Positions 51,541 to 62,592 of a DNA stretch of 64,000 nt are shown piece by piece. The translations under genes and the position numbers were made by a program. How positions within the stretch are numbered: the first letter of the stretch is position 1; each line of letters begins with the position of its first letter. Below the pieces are notes generated by a model. It was not told the DNA's origin and ran no database searches. It saw only the letters and a list, made by a program, of their open reading frames with translations. This DNA is from an uncultured Arcobacter sp. (GTDB taxonomy: Bacteria; Campylobacterota; Campylobacteria; Campylobacterales; Arcobacteraceae): NCBI GenBank assembly GCA_965140705.1, contig OZ223302.1:288001-352000 (forward strand), written 5' to 3'.

Positions 51541-52107
51541 TTATTTTTTGAGTTTATTTAAAAAGAATTCTAATTGGAAAAGACAGTCTCGAAAAACTCG
51601 ACCATCTTGAGATTTTTTTGCAGTTCCTAAACACCCTTCAAGTGAAGCTACGATAAAAATAGACATGTTTTTTGTATCTTGGCAATCTATTTCATTCTTT
51701 AATACTGCTTTATCTAATACTTGTTTGATAATACTTTCAAAGTGAAGATATACATACTCTAAAGCCTCTTTAAAATCTTTATCTTTATAAGAGAGTTCTT
51801 GAACCAAATTATTAAGTTTGCATCCAAAATTAAAATCAAAGCCTTTTCTATCTTTTAAATAAGTTATCAATTCATCAATTATATTTTCTTCATATTTTAA
51901 TAACTTACCATATTTCATATCTATATATGAATAAATTCTCTCTTTTATAACTGCAAGAGCTAGCTCTTTTTTTGACTTAAAGAAATGGTACATACTTCCT
52001 TTATTCATATTTGCTTGTTTTAAAATTTTATCAACTGAAGTTGCATGATAGCCATTATGATAGATTTCATCATAAGCTACATCTAAAAGTTTTTCTCTAC
52101 TGTTCAT
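51541..52107 (-). CDS. TetR-family regulator
   Basis: GYHATSVDKIL...KGSMYHFFKSKKEL; ATG 52107. Confidence 0.92.
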   Translation of the reverse strand: MNSREKLLDVAYDEIYHNGYHATSVDKILKQANMNKGSMYHFFKSKKELALAVIKERIYSYIDMKYGKLLKYEENIIDELITYLKDRKGFDFNFGCKLNNLVQELSYKDKDFKEALEYVYLHFESIIKQVLDKAVLKNEIDCQDTKNMSIFIVASLEGCLGTAKKSQDGRVFRDCLFQLEFFLNKLKK

Positions 52108-52108
52108 T

Positions 52109-53086
52109 TTAATTTCTTCTTTGCCCAGGCTTTGGTTCACTTACCTCTTTTTGTAAGTCCACACTAAGATTATTATAAAACAATTCACCATAATCTGTCA
52201 ATCTATTTATTGTCTCATATGCTTGTTTTATATTATTATTATATTTTAAAGCATCTTGTAAAATTTTTATAATTTTAACTGATTCTAAAAAGTTTACGTG
52301 ACTAGGTGCTTCAATAGGAGAAGAATAATACTTATGCATACGCTCTACTAAGTTTTTATTTCTGATTTCAATAAAAACTGACTCAATGGGAGATTTGAAA
52401 AAAAGTACCTTTTGTTTAACATTGATAGAGATATAAGTTGTCTCCATACCATATATTTTTCTTGAAAAAGAATCAAACAAAAATAGCTTTTTATTGTAGT
52501 TATTATTAAACAGTTCATAAATAAGTTCAAGTATTTTTATCTTCTCTTCTTTTGTATAAAAGTTCCCAATACTTGCAAAACAAAATGAAAGAATAGACTT
52601 TATAGAGTACCACTCAGTTGTATCATAATCATATCTAAGCATTTGGTTTATTCTATTTTGTTTAAGCATTTCTATTTCTGAGCTTGTTTGAGTTCTATAT
52701 GTTCTTTTTACTGCTGTATCCCTATACATAGGTCCTGGAAATTGTGCTTGAATTACAAATCTTCTATTCTCTTCTATTTCCATTATATATCTCATTCTTC
52801 CACAATAATCTTCATCGATTATTCTTACTTCTTTTTGTGGGATTTGAGTAATTGATTTTATAAATTCTTCATCATTACAAGCCTCTTCCCAAATATAATC
52901 TGGGTATCTAAACAATGCACAAATTTTATCTTTAACACTTGTTGATGGTTCAACATCTGTTACTCTATCAACCCAAGAAGTAACTGTTCTTCTATCTTTT
53001 TGAATTAATGATGCAAATTTTGATATACTTAAATTAGATCTTTTATATATCTCTATTAGCTTATCTATACTTGTTTTATAAGACAT
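52109..53086 (-). CDS. Hypothetical protein with N-terminal XRE-like HTH
   Basis: LSISKFASLIQKDRRTVTSWVD helix-turn-helix pattern; GAGGA RBS; divergent from prpB. Confidence 0.65.
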   Translation of the reverse strand: MSYKTSIDKLIEIYKRSNLSISKFASLIQKDRRTVTSWVDRVTDVEPSTSVKDKICALFRYPDYIWEEACNDEEFIKSITQIPQKEVRIIDEDYCGRMRYIMEIEENRRFVIQAQFPGPMYRDTAVKRTYRTQTSSEIEMLKQNRINQMLRYDYDTTEWYSIKSILSFCFASIGNFYTKEEKIKILELIYELFNNNYNKKLFLFDSFSRKIYGMETTYISINVKQKVLFFKSPIESVFIEIRNKNLVERMHKYYSSPIEAPSHVNFLESVKIIKILQDALKYNNNIKQAYETINRLTDYGELFYNNLSVDLQKEVSEPKPGQRRN

Positions 53087-53262
53087 TTCTTCCTCTTTTT
53101 ATAATTTTAACTAAAAAATTGTACCATTTTTATACATAAAATCAAATATTGTACAAAATAATTCTATCTGTAAAGAACTTGTGTTTTTCTTTTCAACTAT
53201 TATACAATACATACATTTCACTATGATGTATACTAACAATATAAAACTACAAAAGGATTTAC

Positions 53263-54147
53263 ATGAGCGCAGGAAAAAGATTTAGAGAAGCTCTTAAAGA
53301 AGAGACACCATTACAAATTGTTGGTACAATTAATGCTTATCAAGCGTTACAAGCTACAAAAGTAGGATTTAAAGCTATTTACCTTTCAGGTGGAGGTATA
53401 GCAAATGCTTCTTATGGTTTACCAGATTTAGGTATGACTATGATTGAAGATGTATGTATTGATATTAGAAGAGTTACTTCAATTTGTGATACTCCATTAA
53501 TCGTTGATGCTGATACAGGTTGGGGACATGCATTTAATGTAGCTAGAACTGTTAAAGAATTTATCAGATCTGGTGCTGCTGGATTACATATTGAAGATCA
53601 AGTTGCTGCAAAAAGATGTGGACACAGACCAAACAAAGAGTTAGTTTCAACTGAAGAGATGTGTGATAGAATCAGAGCTGCTGTTGATGCCAAAATGGAA
53701 TTAGATCCAGATTTTTATATCATTGCAAGAACTGATGCACATGCTTCAGAGGGTCAAGAAGCTGCAGTTGAAAGAGCAAAAGCGTATGTTGAAGCTGGGG
53801 CAGATGCAATTTTTGCAGAAGCAGTTCATACATTAAAAGAATATAAAGAATTTTGTGATCAAATGTCTGTACCTGTATTAGCAAACATTACTGAGTTTGG
53901 GGCAACTCCAATGTTTACTACTGAAGAATTAGGAAGTGTTGGTATTGAAATGGTACTTTATCCATTATCAGCATTTAGAGCTATGAACAAAGCTGCTTTA
54001 CATGTATACCAAGAATTAAGAGATAAAGGTACTCAAGAAAGTACTTTAGACACTATGCAAACAAGAATGGAACTTTACGAAATGTTGGGGTATCACGAAT
54101 ATGAACAAAAAATGGATTCATTATTCGCAAAAGGTAAAGCTAAATAA
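53263..54147 (+). CDS. prpB: 2-methylisocitrate lyase
   Basis: [21 protein letters not shown]. Confidence 0.96.
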   Translation: MSAGKRFREALKEETPLQIVGTINAYQALQATKVGFKAIYLSGGGIANASYGLPDLGMTMIEDVCIDIRRVTSICDTPLIVDADTGWGHAFNVARTVKEFIRSGAAGLHIEDQVAAKRCGHRPNKELVSTEEMCDRIRAAVDAKMELDPDFYIIARTDAHASEGQEAAVERAKAYVEAGADAIFAEAVHTLKEYKEFCDQMSVPVLANITEFGATPMFTTEELGSVGIEMVLYPLSAFRAMNKAALHVYQELRDKGTQESTLDTMQTRMELYEMLGYHEYEQKMDSLFAKGKAK

Positions 54148-54196
54148 TTTAGCTTTACTAAAATAATTATAGATAACAAAAACAAAAGGAGACAAT

Positions 54197-55345
54197 ATGA
54201 GCACTACAACTACAGGATTTAAGCCAAAAAAATCAGTTGCACTTTCGGGGACTGCTGCTGGGAATACAGCTATTTGTACAGTTGGAAAATCGGGGAATGA
54301 TTTACATTATAGAGGTTATGACATCTTAGAATTTGCAACTCAAGCTGAATTTGAAGAAATTGCATATTTAATAGTACATGAAAAATTACCAAATAAAGCA
54401 GAACTAAAAGCTTATAAAGAAAAATTACAAAGTATGAGAGATCTTCCAGATGGTGTTAAAGTTGCATTAGAACAACTACCAAAAACTGCACACCCAATGG
54501 ATGTTATGAGAACAGGTTGTTCAGTTCTTGGGGCAATTATGTCTGAAGATGAATCTCATCCAAAAGAAGGAGCACAAAATATTATTGATAAATTAATGTC
54601 TTGTTTCCCTTCAATATTATGTTACTGGTATCACTATGCATACAATGGAAAAAGAATTGAAGTTGTAACTGATGATGATACTATTGGTGGTCACTTTTTA
54701 CACTTATTACATGGTGAAAAACCAAGAGAATCTTGGGTTAAGGCTATGCACGTATCTTTAATTTTATATGCAGAGCATGAATTCAATGCCTCAACATTTA
54801 CTTCAAGAGTTATCTCTGGAACAAACTCAGATATGTTCTCATGTATAACTGGGGCAATTGGAGCTTTAAGAGGTCCTAAACATGGTGGAGCAAATGAAGT
54901 TGCATTTAGAATTCAAGAAAGATACTCTTCAGCTGATGAGGCAGAAAAAGATATCAAAGAGAGAATGGCAAGAAAAGAAATTATCATTGGATTTGGACAC
55001 CCTGTATATACTACAAGTGATCCAAGAAATGTAGTAATTAAAAAAGTTGCTGAAGATTTATCTAAAGAAAACAATGACATGTTAATGTATGATGTTGCTG
55101 AAAGAATTGAATCTGTAATGTGGGAACAAAAGAAAATGTTCCCAAATCTTGACTGGTTCTCAGCAGTTTCTTATAACCAAATGGGAATTCCAACAGATAT
55201 GTTTACTCCAATTTTCATTATCTCAAGAGTTACTGGATGGGGAGCACATGCTATTGAACAAAGAGAAGATGGGAAAATCATTAGACCATCGGCTAATTAT
55301 ACAGGACCTGAAGGTTTAAAATTCGTTCCTTTAGAAGAAAGATAA
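54197..55345 (+). CDS. prpC: 2-methylcitrate synthase
   Basis: [42 protein letters not shown]. Confidence 0.95.
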   Translation: MSTTTTGFKPKKSVALSGTAAGNTAICTVGKSGNDLHYRGYDILEFATQAEFEEIAYLIVHEKLPNKAELKAYKEKLQSMRDLPDGVKVALEQLPKTAHPMDVMRTGCSVLGAIMSEDESHPKEGAQNIIDKLMSCFPSILCYWYHYAYNGKRIEVVTDDDTIGGHFLHLLHGEKPRESWVKAMHVSLILYAEHEFNASTFTSRVISGTNSDMFSCITGAIGALRGPKHGGANEVAFRIQERYSSADEAEKDIKERMARKEIIIGFGHPVYTTSDPRNVVIKKVAEDLSKENNDMLMYDVAERIESVMWEQKKMFPNLDWFSAVSYNQMGIPTDMFTPIFIISRVTGWGAHAIEQREDGKIIRPSANYTGPEGLKFVPLEER

Positions 55346-55387
55346 AAAAACTTAAAATATTCTAGTGCCACCTTTGGCAAACACTAT

Positions 55388-55411
55388 AAGGATAAGCTTT
55401 TGCTTATCCTT
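55388..55411 (+). terminator. Hairpin between prpC and acnD
   Basis: AAGGATAAGC-TTTT-GCTTATCCTT. Confidence 0.5.
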
Positions 55412-55438
55412 TCAAATTCAAACTAAATGGATATAAAT

Positions 55439-58033
55439 ATGACAAATGAAAAATATCTTAAAGAACTTGATGGTTTTAACACAAAATATTATGATGTAAA
55501 AGCAGCCGTTGAAGATATAACTCCTGGTTCTTTTGAGAAACTTAACTATACATCAAGAGTATTAGCAGAAAACTTAATAAGAAAATGTCCAAGTGCTGAT
55601 TTAAAAGATTCACTTATTCAACTTATTGAAAAAAGAACTGACAAAGATTTCCCTTGGTTTCCTTCACGTGTAATCTGTCATGATATCTTAGGACTTACAG
55701 CTTTTGTTGACCTTGCAGGTCTTAGAGAAGCAGTTGCAAGTAAAGGAGGAAATCCTGATAAAGTAAATCCAGTAGTTCCTACTCAACTTATCGTTGACCA
55801 CTCGCTTGCGGTTGAGTGTGGTGGATTTGATCCAGATGCATTTCAAAAAAATAGAGATATTGAAGATAGAAGAAATGCAGATAGATTCCACTTTATAAAC
55901 TGGACAAAAGAAGCATTTAACAACGTTGATGTTATTCCTCCAGGAAATGGTATCATGCACCAAATCAACTTAGAGAAAATGTCTCCAGTTGTACATAATA
56001 TAGATGGAATAGCATCTCCTGATACATTAGTTGGTACAGACTCACACACTCCTCATGTTGATGCACTTGGTGTTATCGCTGTTGGTGTTGGTGGATTAGA
56101 AGCTGAAAATGTAATGCTAGGAAACCCATCTTATATGAGAGTTCCAGAAATCATTGGTGTAGAAATTACAGGTGTTAGAGCAGAAGGTATCACGGCAACT
56201 GATATTGCACTTGCTATGACTTCATTCTTAAGAGAAAACAATGTTATTTCTGCTTATTTAGAATTCTTCGGTTCAGGTGTTCAGTACTTAAACTTAGGGG
56301 ATAGAGCAACAATTGCAAATATGACTCCTGAATATGGTGCAAGTGCTGGTATCTTTGCTATTGATGAACAAACTATTGATTATCTAACAGTAACAGGTAG
56401 AGATGCTACTCAAGTTAAACTTGTGGAAGCTTATGCAAAAGCAAATGGATTATGGGCAGACCAATTTGATAATGCTACATATGCAAGAACTATTAAATTT
56501 GATTTATCAAAAGTTACACGTTCTTTAGCAGGTCCATCTAAACCACATAAATTAGTTCCTACTTCTACTTTACAAGCAGAGGGTATTACAAAAGAGTGGA
56601 AACAAGAAGGTGATTTTATTCCTGATGGTGGTATCTTAATTGCTGCGATTACATCTTGTACAAACACTTCAAACCCAAGAAATGTTATTGCTGCTGGTTT
56701 AGTTGCTAAAAAAGCAAATGAGCTTGGTTTAACAAGAAAACCATGGGTTAAATCATCTTTAGCACCAGGTTCAAAAGTTGCAGAATTATACTTAAAAGAA
56801 TCAGGTCTTTTACCAGAACTTGAAAAACTAGGATTTGGTATTGTTGGTTTTGCATGTACAACTTGTAATGGTATGAGTGGGGCTTTAGATCCAAAAATTC
56901 AGCAAGAAGTTGTAGATAGAGATATTTATACTACTGCTGTATTATCAGGAAACAGAAACTTTGATGGAAGAATCCATCCATATGTAAAAGAAGCATTTTT
57001 AGCTTCACCTCCACTTGTAATTGCTTATGCTTTAGCAGGTACTATTAGATTTGATATAGAAAAAGATGTATTAGGGAAAGATAAAGATGGTAATGATATT
57101 AAATTAAAAGATTTATGGCCATCAGATGAAGAAATTAATGCAATTGAAAAATCAGCAGTTAAACCTGAAATGTTTGGTGAAATTTATGATCCAATGTTTG
57201 CAAGAGATATATTGGGTGATATTAAAATCGACCCATTCTATAAATGGAACCCTAAATCTACATATATCAATAAACCTCCTTATTGGGAAGATGAATATAT
57301 GCAAATGCCAGCACTTAAAGGTATGAGACCATTAGGTGTGTTCCCTGATAATATTACAACAGATCACTTATCGCCTTCAAATGCGATTTTACCAACAAGT
57401 GCTTCTGGGGAATATTGTTTAAAAATGGGATTACCTGTTGAAGATTTAAACTCTTATGCAACACATAGAGGAGATCATCATACAGCTTCAAGAGCAACAT
57501 TAGCAAATCCAAAACTATTTAATGAAATGGTTAAAGATGAAAAGGGAAATGTTAAACAAGGTTCATTGACAAAAATTATGCCAGAAGGTAAAGAATCAAG
57601 AATGTGGGAAGCTATTGAGACATATACTCAAAGAAAACAACCACTTATTATCATTGCTGGTACTAATTACGGTCAAGGGTCTTCAAGAGACTGGGCTGCA
57701 AAAGGTGTAAGACTTGCAGGTGTTGAAGTACTTATTGCTGAATCAATTGAAAGAATTCACAGAACTAACTTAGTTGGTATGGGTGTCTTACCATTACAAT
57801 TCAAAGAGGGTGAGACTAGACATACTTATGCTATTGATGGAAGTGAAACTTTTGATATAGAAGGTAAAATTACTCCAAGATGTGATTTAACTGTAGTTAT
57901 GACAAGAGCAAATGGTGAAGTTGTTAAATTCCCTGTATTATGTAGATTAGATACAACTGCTGAAGTTGAAGTTTACAAAAATGGTGGTATTTTACAAAAA
58001 TTCGCTAAAGATGTTATTGCAGAAGGTAAATAA
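55439..58033 (+). CDS. acnD: Fe/S-dependent 2-methylcitrate dehydratase AcnD
   Basis: CHDILG, AAITSCTNTSNP, ACTTCNGMSG; sits between prpC and prpF (alternative start 55427). Confidence 0.94.
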   Translation: MTNEKYLKELDGFNTKYYDVKAAVEDITPGSFEKLNYTSRVLAENLIRKCPSADLKDSLIQLIEKRTDKDFPWFPSRVICHDILGLTAFVDLAGLREAVASKGGNPDKVNPVVPTQLIVDHSLAVECGGFDPDAFQKNRDIEDRRNADRFHFINWTKEAFNNVDVIPPGNGIMHQINLEKMSPVVHNIDGIASPDTLVGTDSHTPHVDALGVIAVGVGGLEAENVMLGNPSYMRVPEIIGVEITGVRAEGITATDIALAMTSFLRENNVISAYLEFFGSGVQYLNLGDRATIANMTPEYGASAGIFAIDEQTIDYLTVTGRDATQVKLVEAYAKANGLWADQFDNATYARTIKFDLSKVTRSLAGPSKPHKLVPTSTLQAEGITKEWKQEGDFIPDGGILIAAITSCTNTSNPRNVIAAGLVAKKANELGLTRKPWVKSSLAPGSKVAELYLKESGLLPELEKLGFGIVGFACTTCNGMSGALDPKIQQEVVDRDIYTTAVLSGNRNFDGRIHPYVKEAFLASPPLVIAYALAGTIRFDIEKDVLGKDKDGNDIKLKDLWPSDEEINAIEKSAVKPEMFGEIYDPMFARDILGDIKIDPFYKWNPKSTYINKPPYWEDEYMQMPALKGMRPLGVFPDNITTDHLSPSNAILPTSASGEYCLKMGLPVEDLNSYATHRGDHHTASRATLANPKLFNEMVKDEKGNVKQGSLTKIMPEGKESRMWEAIETYTQRKQPLIIIAGTNYGQGSSRDWAAKGVRLAGVEVLIAESIERIHRTNLVGMGVLPLQFKEGETRHTYAIDGSETFDIEGKITPRCDLTVVMTRANGEVVKFPVLCRLDTTAEVEVYKNGGILQKFAKDVIAEGK

Positions 58034-58138
58034 TCCTCAGATAAACTCTTCTATTTTAAGGGCAATTGCCCTTAAAGTATTTATCAAAGAATCAAAAGAT
58101 TTTTTAATAAATATTTTAAACTTAATAAAGGAAATCAA

Positions 58139-59317
58139 ATGGCTTACCAACCACAATTTAAAGTAAGAGCAACATATATGAGAGGTGGAACTTCAAAAGG
58201 AACTTTTTTTAATATAGCTGACTTACCAAAAGAGGCACAAGAAAATCAAGAAGCAAAAAATAAACTTTTACAAAGAATTGTTGGAAGCCCTGATGCCTAT
58301 AAAAAACAAATAGATGGTATGGGTGGAGCAACTTCAAGTACCTCAAAAACTGTAATAGTAGGGAAAAGTGAAGTTCCAGGACATGATGTTGATTATTATT
58401 TTGGTCAAGTTGCTATTGATAAAGATTTTATGGATTGGTCTGGAAACTGTGGAAACTTATCAAGTGCAGTTGGTCCTTTTGCTATAAAAGAGGGTTTAGT
58501 TGACAATGTACCCCAAAATGGTGTTTGTTGTGTAAAAATTTGGCAAGCAAATATCAAAAAAACTATACTTTGTTATGTAACAATGGCAGATGGAATGGTT
58601 AAAGAAATAGGTGATTATGAAATCGATGGGGTTACTTTTCCAGCTGAAGAGATTAAATTAGAGTTTGTTGAACCTGTTGATCCAAGTGAAGAGTTATTTC
58701 CAACTGGTAATTTAGTAGATGATTTAGAAGTTCCAGGTATTGGTACTTTTAAAGCTACTATGATAACAGCTGGTATTCCTACAATTTTCTTAAATGCTGA
58801 TGAGATTGGATACACAGGAACTGAACTTCAAGGGGATATTAACTCAGATGTTGAAGCACTAAAAGGATTTGAAACAATTAGAATAGCAGGTGCTATGAAA
58901 ATGGGACTTATGAAAGACCCAAAAGATGCAGAGACGCAACAACATGTACCAAAAGTTGCCTTTGTAGCACCACCATCTGATTTTACAACATCAACTGGAA
59001 AAACAATAAAAAAAGATGAAATTGATTTACACGTGCGTGCTTTATCTATGCAACAACTACACCATGCAATGATGGGAACAGCTTCTGTTGCTATTGGAGT
59101 GGCAGCTTGTGTTCCTGGAACATTAGTTAACTTAGCTGCTGGTGGAGGAGAAAAAGATGATGTAAACTTTGGACATCCATCTGGAACTTTAAAAGTAGGA
59201 GCATCTTTAACTAACAAAGATGGTAAATACAAAGTTGAAAAAGCAAGTATGAGTAGAAGTGCAAGAATTATCATGGAAGGTAATGTTTATGTACCTGCTG
59301 GAACTATGGAAAAATAA
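58139..59317 (+). CDS. prpF: 2-methylaconitate cis-trans isomerase PrpF
   Basis: YMRGGTSKG, DWSGNCGNL, LHHAMMGT, GHPSG. Confidence 0.95.
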   Translation: MAYQPQFKVRATYMRGGTSKGTFFNIADLPKEAQENQEAKNKLLQRIVGSPDAYKKQIDGMGGATSSTSKTVIVGKSEVPGHDVDYYFGQVAIDKDFMDWSGNCGNLSSAVGPFAIKEGLVDNVPQNGVCCVKIWQANIKKTILCYVTMADGMVKEIGDYEIDGVTFPAEEIKLEFVEPVDPSEELFPTGNLVDDLEVPGIGTFKATMITAGIPTIFLNADEIGYTGTELQGDINSDVEALKGFETIRIAGAMKMGLMKDPKDAETQQHVPKVAFVAPPSDFTTSTGKTIKKDEIDLHVRALSMQQLHHAMMGTASVAIGVAACVPGTLVNLAAGGGEKDDVNFGHPSGTLKVGASLTNKDGKYKVEKASMSRSARIIMEGNVYVPAGTMEK

Positions 59318-59339
59318 AAAATTTCAATTCAATTACAAG

Positions 59340-59372
59340 AGGGGAAAAGATTAATCTCTTTTCCCCTTTTTT
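59340..59372 (+). terminator. Rho-independent terminator of the prp operon
   Basis: AGGGGAAAAGA-TTAATC-TCTTTTCCCCT followed by a T-run. Confidence 0.8.
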
Positions 59373-59417
59373 AATTTTATTTTGGCAATAATACTTTTTT
59401 ATAAAAAAAGGCTTATC

Positions 59418-60068
59418 ATGAAAACTTGGCAAGATGTTATTAATAAACAAAAAGAACAAGAATATTTCCAAAAATTAGAAAATGAAATTAATCATTTATA
59501 TGATAAGACAACCGTCTTTCCAGAAAAAAAGAATATATATAATGCCTTTGATACAACTCCTTTAGATGAATTAAAAGTTGTAATTCTAGGACAAGATCCC
59601 TACCATGGAGCAGGTCAAGCACAAGGTTTAGCTTTCTCAACTCCAAAAGAGATAAAAAATCCACCCTCAATGGTAAATATTCTAAAAGAGATAAAAGATG
59701 ATTTAAAAAGAGATTCTTCTTGCCTTGATGGAGATTTAACACCTTGGGCAAAACAAGGAGTACTATTATTAAATACTATTCTAACGGTAGAAGAATCAAA
59801 GCCTAAATCACACCATAAATTGGGTTGGGAAATATTTACAGATAATATCATTAAACATATCTCAGCAAACTGTGAAGATATAATCTTCATACTATGGGGA
59901 GCTCCTGCTATTGCAAAAACAAAATTAATAGAGGATAATAAACACTATATACTAACAGCACCCCACCCTAGCCCTTTATCATCTTATAGAGGATTTTTTG
60001 GATGTAAACACTTTAGTAAAACAAATGAGATATTAGAATCATTGGGAAAAAAAGAAATAAATTGGTAA
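59418..60068 (+). CDS. ung: Uracil-DNA glycosylase
   Basis: GQDPYH, GVLLLN, HPSPLS; ATG 59418. Confidence 0.96.
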   Translation: MKTWQDVINKQKEQEYFQKLENEINHLYDKTTVFPEKKNIYNAFDTTPLDELKVVILGQDPYHGAGQAQGLAFSTPKEIKNPPSMVNILKEIKDDLKRDSSCLDGDLTPWAKQGVLLLNTILTVEESKPKSHHKLGWEIFTDNIIKHISANCEDIIFILWGAPAIAKTKLIEDNKHYILTAPHPSPLSSYRGFFGCKHFSKTNEILESLGKKEINW

Positions 60069-60088
60069 AACACTTAAAAAGTGTTTTA

Positions 60089-60631
60089 CTATTTTACTAA
60101 GGCAGAAATACCTTTAAATTGTGGATGTTTTGCATTTACTGTCAATTCAAATAAAAGTGACTCATAAGTTGTAGGGATTACTCCCGATTGAACAAGTCTT
60201 GTAATTGCGACATCTGTATCCTTTTGTTTTCTTGAAGTTACGCAATCAGTCACTAAGATTACTTTATATCCAGCTTGTAATAAGTCAATACAAGTTTGAA
60301 GCACACAAACATGAGTCTCTATTCCTGCAACTATAATTTGTTTTTTACCTAAAGTATTAATTGCAACCATTGTCTCTTCATTTTTACAACAAGAAAAAGT
60401 CGTCTTTTCAAAGTGTGGATAATCATCAACTAACTCTCTTAAAGAAGGAATAGTCTCTCCAATACCTTTTTTATATTGTTCATTTACTATAAATGGAACT
60501 TCATGGAGTTGTAAACCTTTTACCAAAGTTAGTAAATTCTTTTCTACCTCATCTTTATTAGTCATGTGGGGATAAAGTCTTTCTTGAACATCAACTAAAC
60601 AAAATGCTACATTTTTTACATCTATTCTCAT
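60089..60631 (-). CDS. Isochorismatase-family hydrolase (YcaC-related)
   Basis: VDVQERL, EKTTFSC, GIETHVCVLQT. Confidence 0.9.
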   Translation of the reverse strand: MRIDVKNVAFCLVDVQERLYPHMTNKDEVEKNLLTLVKGLQLHEVPFIVNEQYKKGIGETIPSLRELVDDYPHFEKTTFSCCKNEETMVAINTLGKKQIIVAGIETHVCVLQTCIDLLQAGYKVILVTDCVTSRKQKDTDVAITRLVQSGVIPTTYESLLFELTVNAKHPQFKGISALVK

Positions 60632-60771
60632 CTTTACTCCTTGTGAAATTGTGATTTTAAATTCGTTATATTATCAACTAATTTATTATCATACATAAAG
60701 CAGTAAAAAAAATCTAGTAAAAATTACTCTTTGGAGAAGGAATTAAAAAAAAGTGAGAAGTTTATAAACAT

Positions 60772-60790
60772 GAGGGGTAAAAAGCCCCTC
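60772..60790 (-). terminator. Hairpin after hemC
   Basis: GAGGGG-N7-CCCCTC. Confidence 0.5.
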
Positions 60791-60796
60791 AAAATG

Positions 60797-61735
60797 CTAT
60801 TTAAATGCTACCTTTTCAGCGCGTGCTAGCAACTCTTTAGCACCTTGGTCAATAAAAGTTTGAGCTAAAGTTTGTCCTGCAGTTTTATAATCATTGATAT
60901 TAATGACTAACTCTTCTTGAACATATTCACTACCATCTGGCATCCCAACTATTGCTCTTACATCTACTGAACTTTCATCTAAAATAGTCGCTTTTACTCC
61001 AATAGGAACTTGACAACCACCTTCTAAAGTATGTACAAAACTTCTTTCAATAGTTGATTCTATTTCAGCATTTTTATCATGTAAAACAGATAATATCTCT
61101 ACTAATTCTGGATTATTCAAGGTTTCAATACCTAAAGTAGCTTGTCCCATAGATGGAATCATCTCATCAATAGAAATTGGTGTGAAATATTTTACTTCAT
61201 CTTCTATTTGAAGTTTTTGAACACCAGTTGCTGCTAAAATAATAGCATCATATTCGCCAGCTTTTAGTTTTGCAATTCTTGTATTGATATTTCCTCTTAA
61301 ATCTTTAAGTTCAATATCTGGTCTTAAAAGTTTTAACTCCATTCTTCGTCTTAAACTTGTAGTTCCAATTATTGCACCCTTTGGTAGTTCACTAATGTTT
61401 GCATATTTTTCACTTAGAAAAGCATCCCTTGGATCAAATCTTTTTGTAAGTGCTGCTAATACAAATCCTTCTTCAAACTCAACTGGAACATCTTTTAAAG
61501 AGTGTACGGCTATATCTGCTTCTTTGTTTTCAAGTGCTATTTCTAACTCTTTTGTAAAAAGTCCTTTTCCACCTATTTTTGCTAAGGGTACGTCTAATAT
61601 CTTATCAGCTTTTGTTGAAAATGTTTTTAGTTCTATAACCATATCTGGATAATGTTTTAAAAGCTCTGCTTTGATATATTCACTTTGCCAAAGTGCTAAT
61701 TTACTCTTTCTAGTTGCTATTACAATTTTCTTCAT
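60797..61735 (-). CDS. hemC: Porphobilinogen deaminase
   Basis: ATRKSKLALWQ, GKGLFTKELE, VHSLKD, LEGGCQVPIG. Confidence 0.97.
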   Translation of the reverse strand: MKKIVIATRKSKLALWQSEYIKAELLKHYPDMVIELKTFSTKADKILDVPLAKIGGKGLFTKELEIALENKEADIAVHSLKDVPVEFEEGFVLAALTKRFDPRDAFLSEKYANISELPKGAIIGTTSLRRRMELKLLRPDIELKDLRGNINTRIAKLKAGEYDAIILAATGVQKLQIEDEVKYFTPISIDEMIPSMGQATLGIETLNNPELVEILSVLHDKNAEIESTIERSFVHTLEGGCQVPIGVKATILDESSVDVRAIVGMPDGSEYVQEELVININDYKTAGQTLAQTFIDQGAKELLARAEKVAFK

Positions 61736-62577
61736 TATTTACTTCCTAAAGTCTCATATTTTAATCTACTCTCATCTTTTTCACCATTTACAAAAATAGT
61801 TGGAGTCCCTTTTACCATAACATCATCTCCCTTTTTTACATCATCTAGAACTCTTGCCATAACTTCTGTAGAATTTATTTGTTCTTTTGTAATATTTGTT
61901 TTAAAGACTTTATTAAAAGCACTTAATATCTTATCTTCATCTTTTGAACTTACAGGAAAATATTTTTCCCAATTTGTAGTATAAACTTTTCTCTCAACAT
62001 CTTTTAGACCCATTTGTCTTGCTACATCTATAGCTTTTACCATAGTTGCAGATGCAGGATGAACTCTTAAAAGAGGGAAATTATAATAATAAAGAGCTAT
62101 TTCATTTTTATTATCTTTTACATGGTCAATCAAGTCAGGAAGAGCCTCTATACAAAAAGGACATAAAGGATCAGAAAAAACTACTATTTTATCTTTTGCC
62201 TTTGCATTTCCTGCTATTAAATGATCTTCTTGATAATAGCTTGCATTAAGTTTTGGTTGTAGTAAATCTTTATACGATGCACCTGTTTTCAAATTTATCA
62301 ACTCAGGAGCTACAACTTTCCCATTTGAAAAAATTATATCTTTTGCATTTATCTCTTTGTCTTTTACTTTTGCACTTATATCTATAATAAACCCATACCA
62401 GTTTGTCATTGGTTCTGGCATTTTTTGTTTCACACTTATCTTTACATCTTTTATCTCAACTCTCGCATTATTGGAAAGTCTATTTTTCTCAAAACTTATA
62501 ACATCATTATCAAAAGTTGTAGCACTTAAACTAACAGTCATAATAGAAAAAATACATATTAATTTTTTATAATTCAT
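61735..62577 (-). CDS. Periplasmic DsbA/DsbC-like thioredoxin-fold protein
   Basis: Signal peptide, FSDPLCPFC, GTPT cis-Pro loop. Confidence 0.85.
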   Translation of the reverse strand: MNYKKLICIFSIMTVSLSATTFDNDVISFEKNRLSNNARVEIKDVKISVKQKMPEPMTNWYGFIIDISAKVKDKEINAKDIIFSNGKVVAPELINLKTGASYKDLLQPKLNASYYQEDHLIAGNAKAKDKIVVFSDPLCPFCIEALPDLIDHVKDNKNEIALYYYNFPLLRVHPASATMVKAIDVARQMGLKDVERKVYTTNWEKYFPVSSKDEDKILSAFNKVFKTNITKEQINSTEVMARVLDDVKKGDDVMVKGTPTIFVNGEKDESRLKYETLGSK

Positions 62578-62592
62578 AATACCTCCTAAAAT

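Noticed and set aside
58055..58076. 22-bp perfect palindrome TTTAAGGGCAATTGCCCTTAAA after acnD
   Set aside because: Only one copy seen; most simply an intra-operon mRNA hairpin.
53263..59317. acnD/prpF-type methylcitrate operon as a novelty
   Set aside because: This variant is well characterised, for example in Shewanella and Vibrio.
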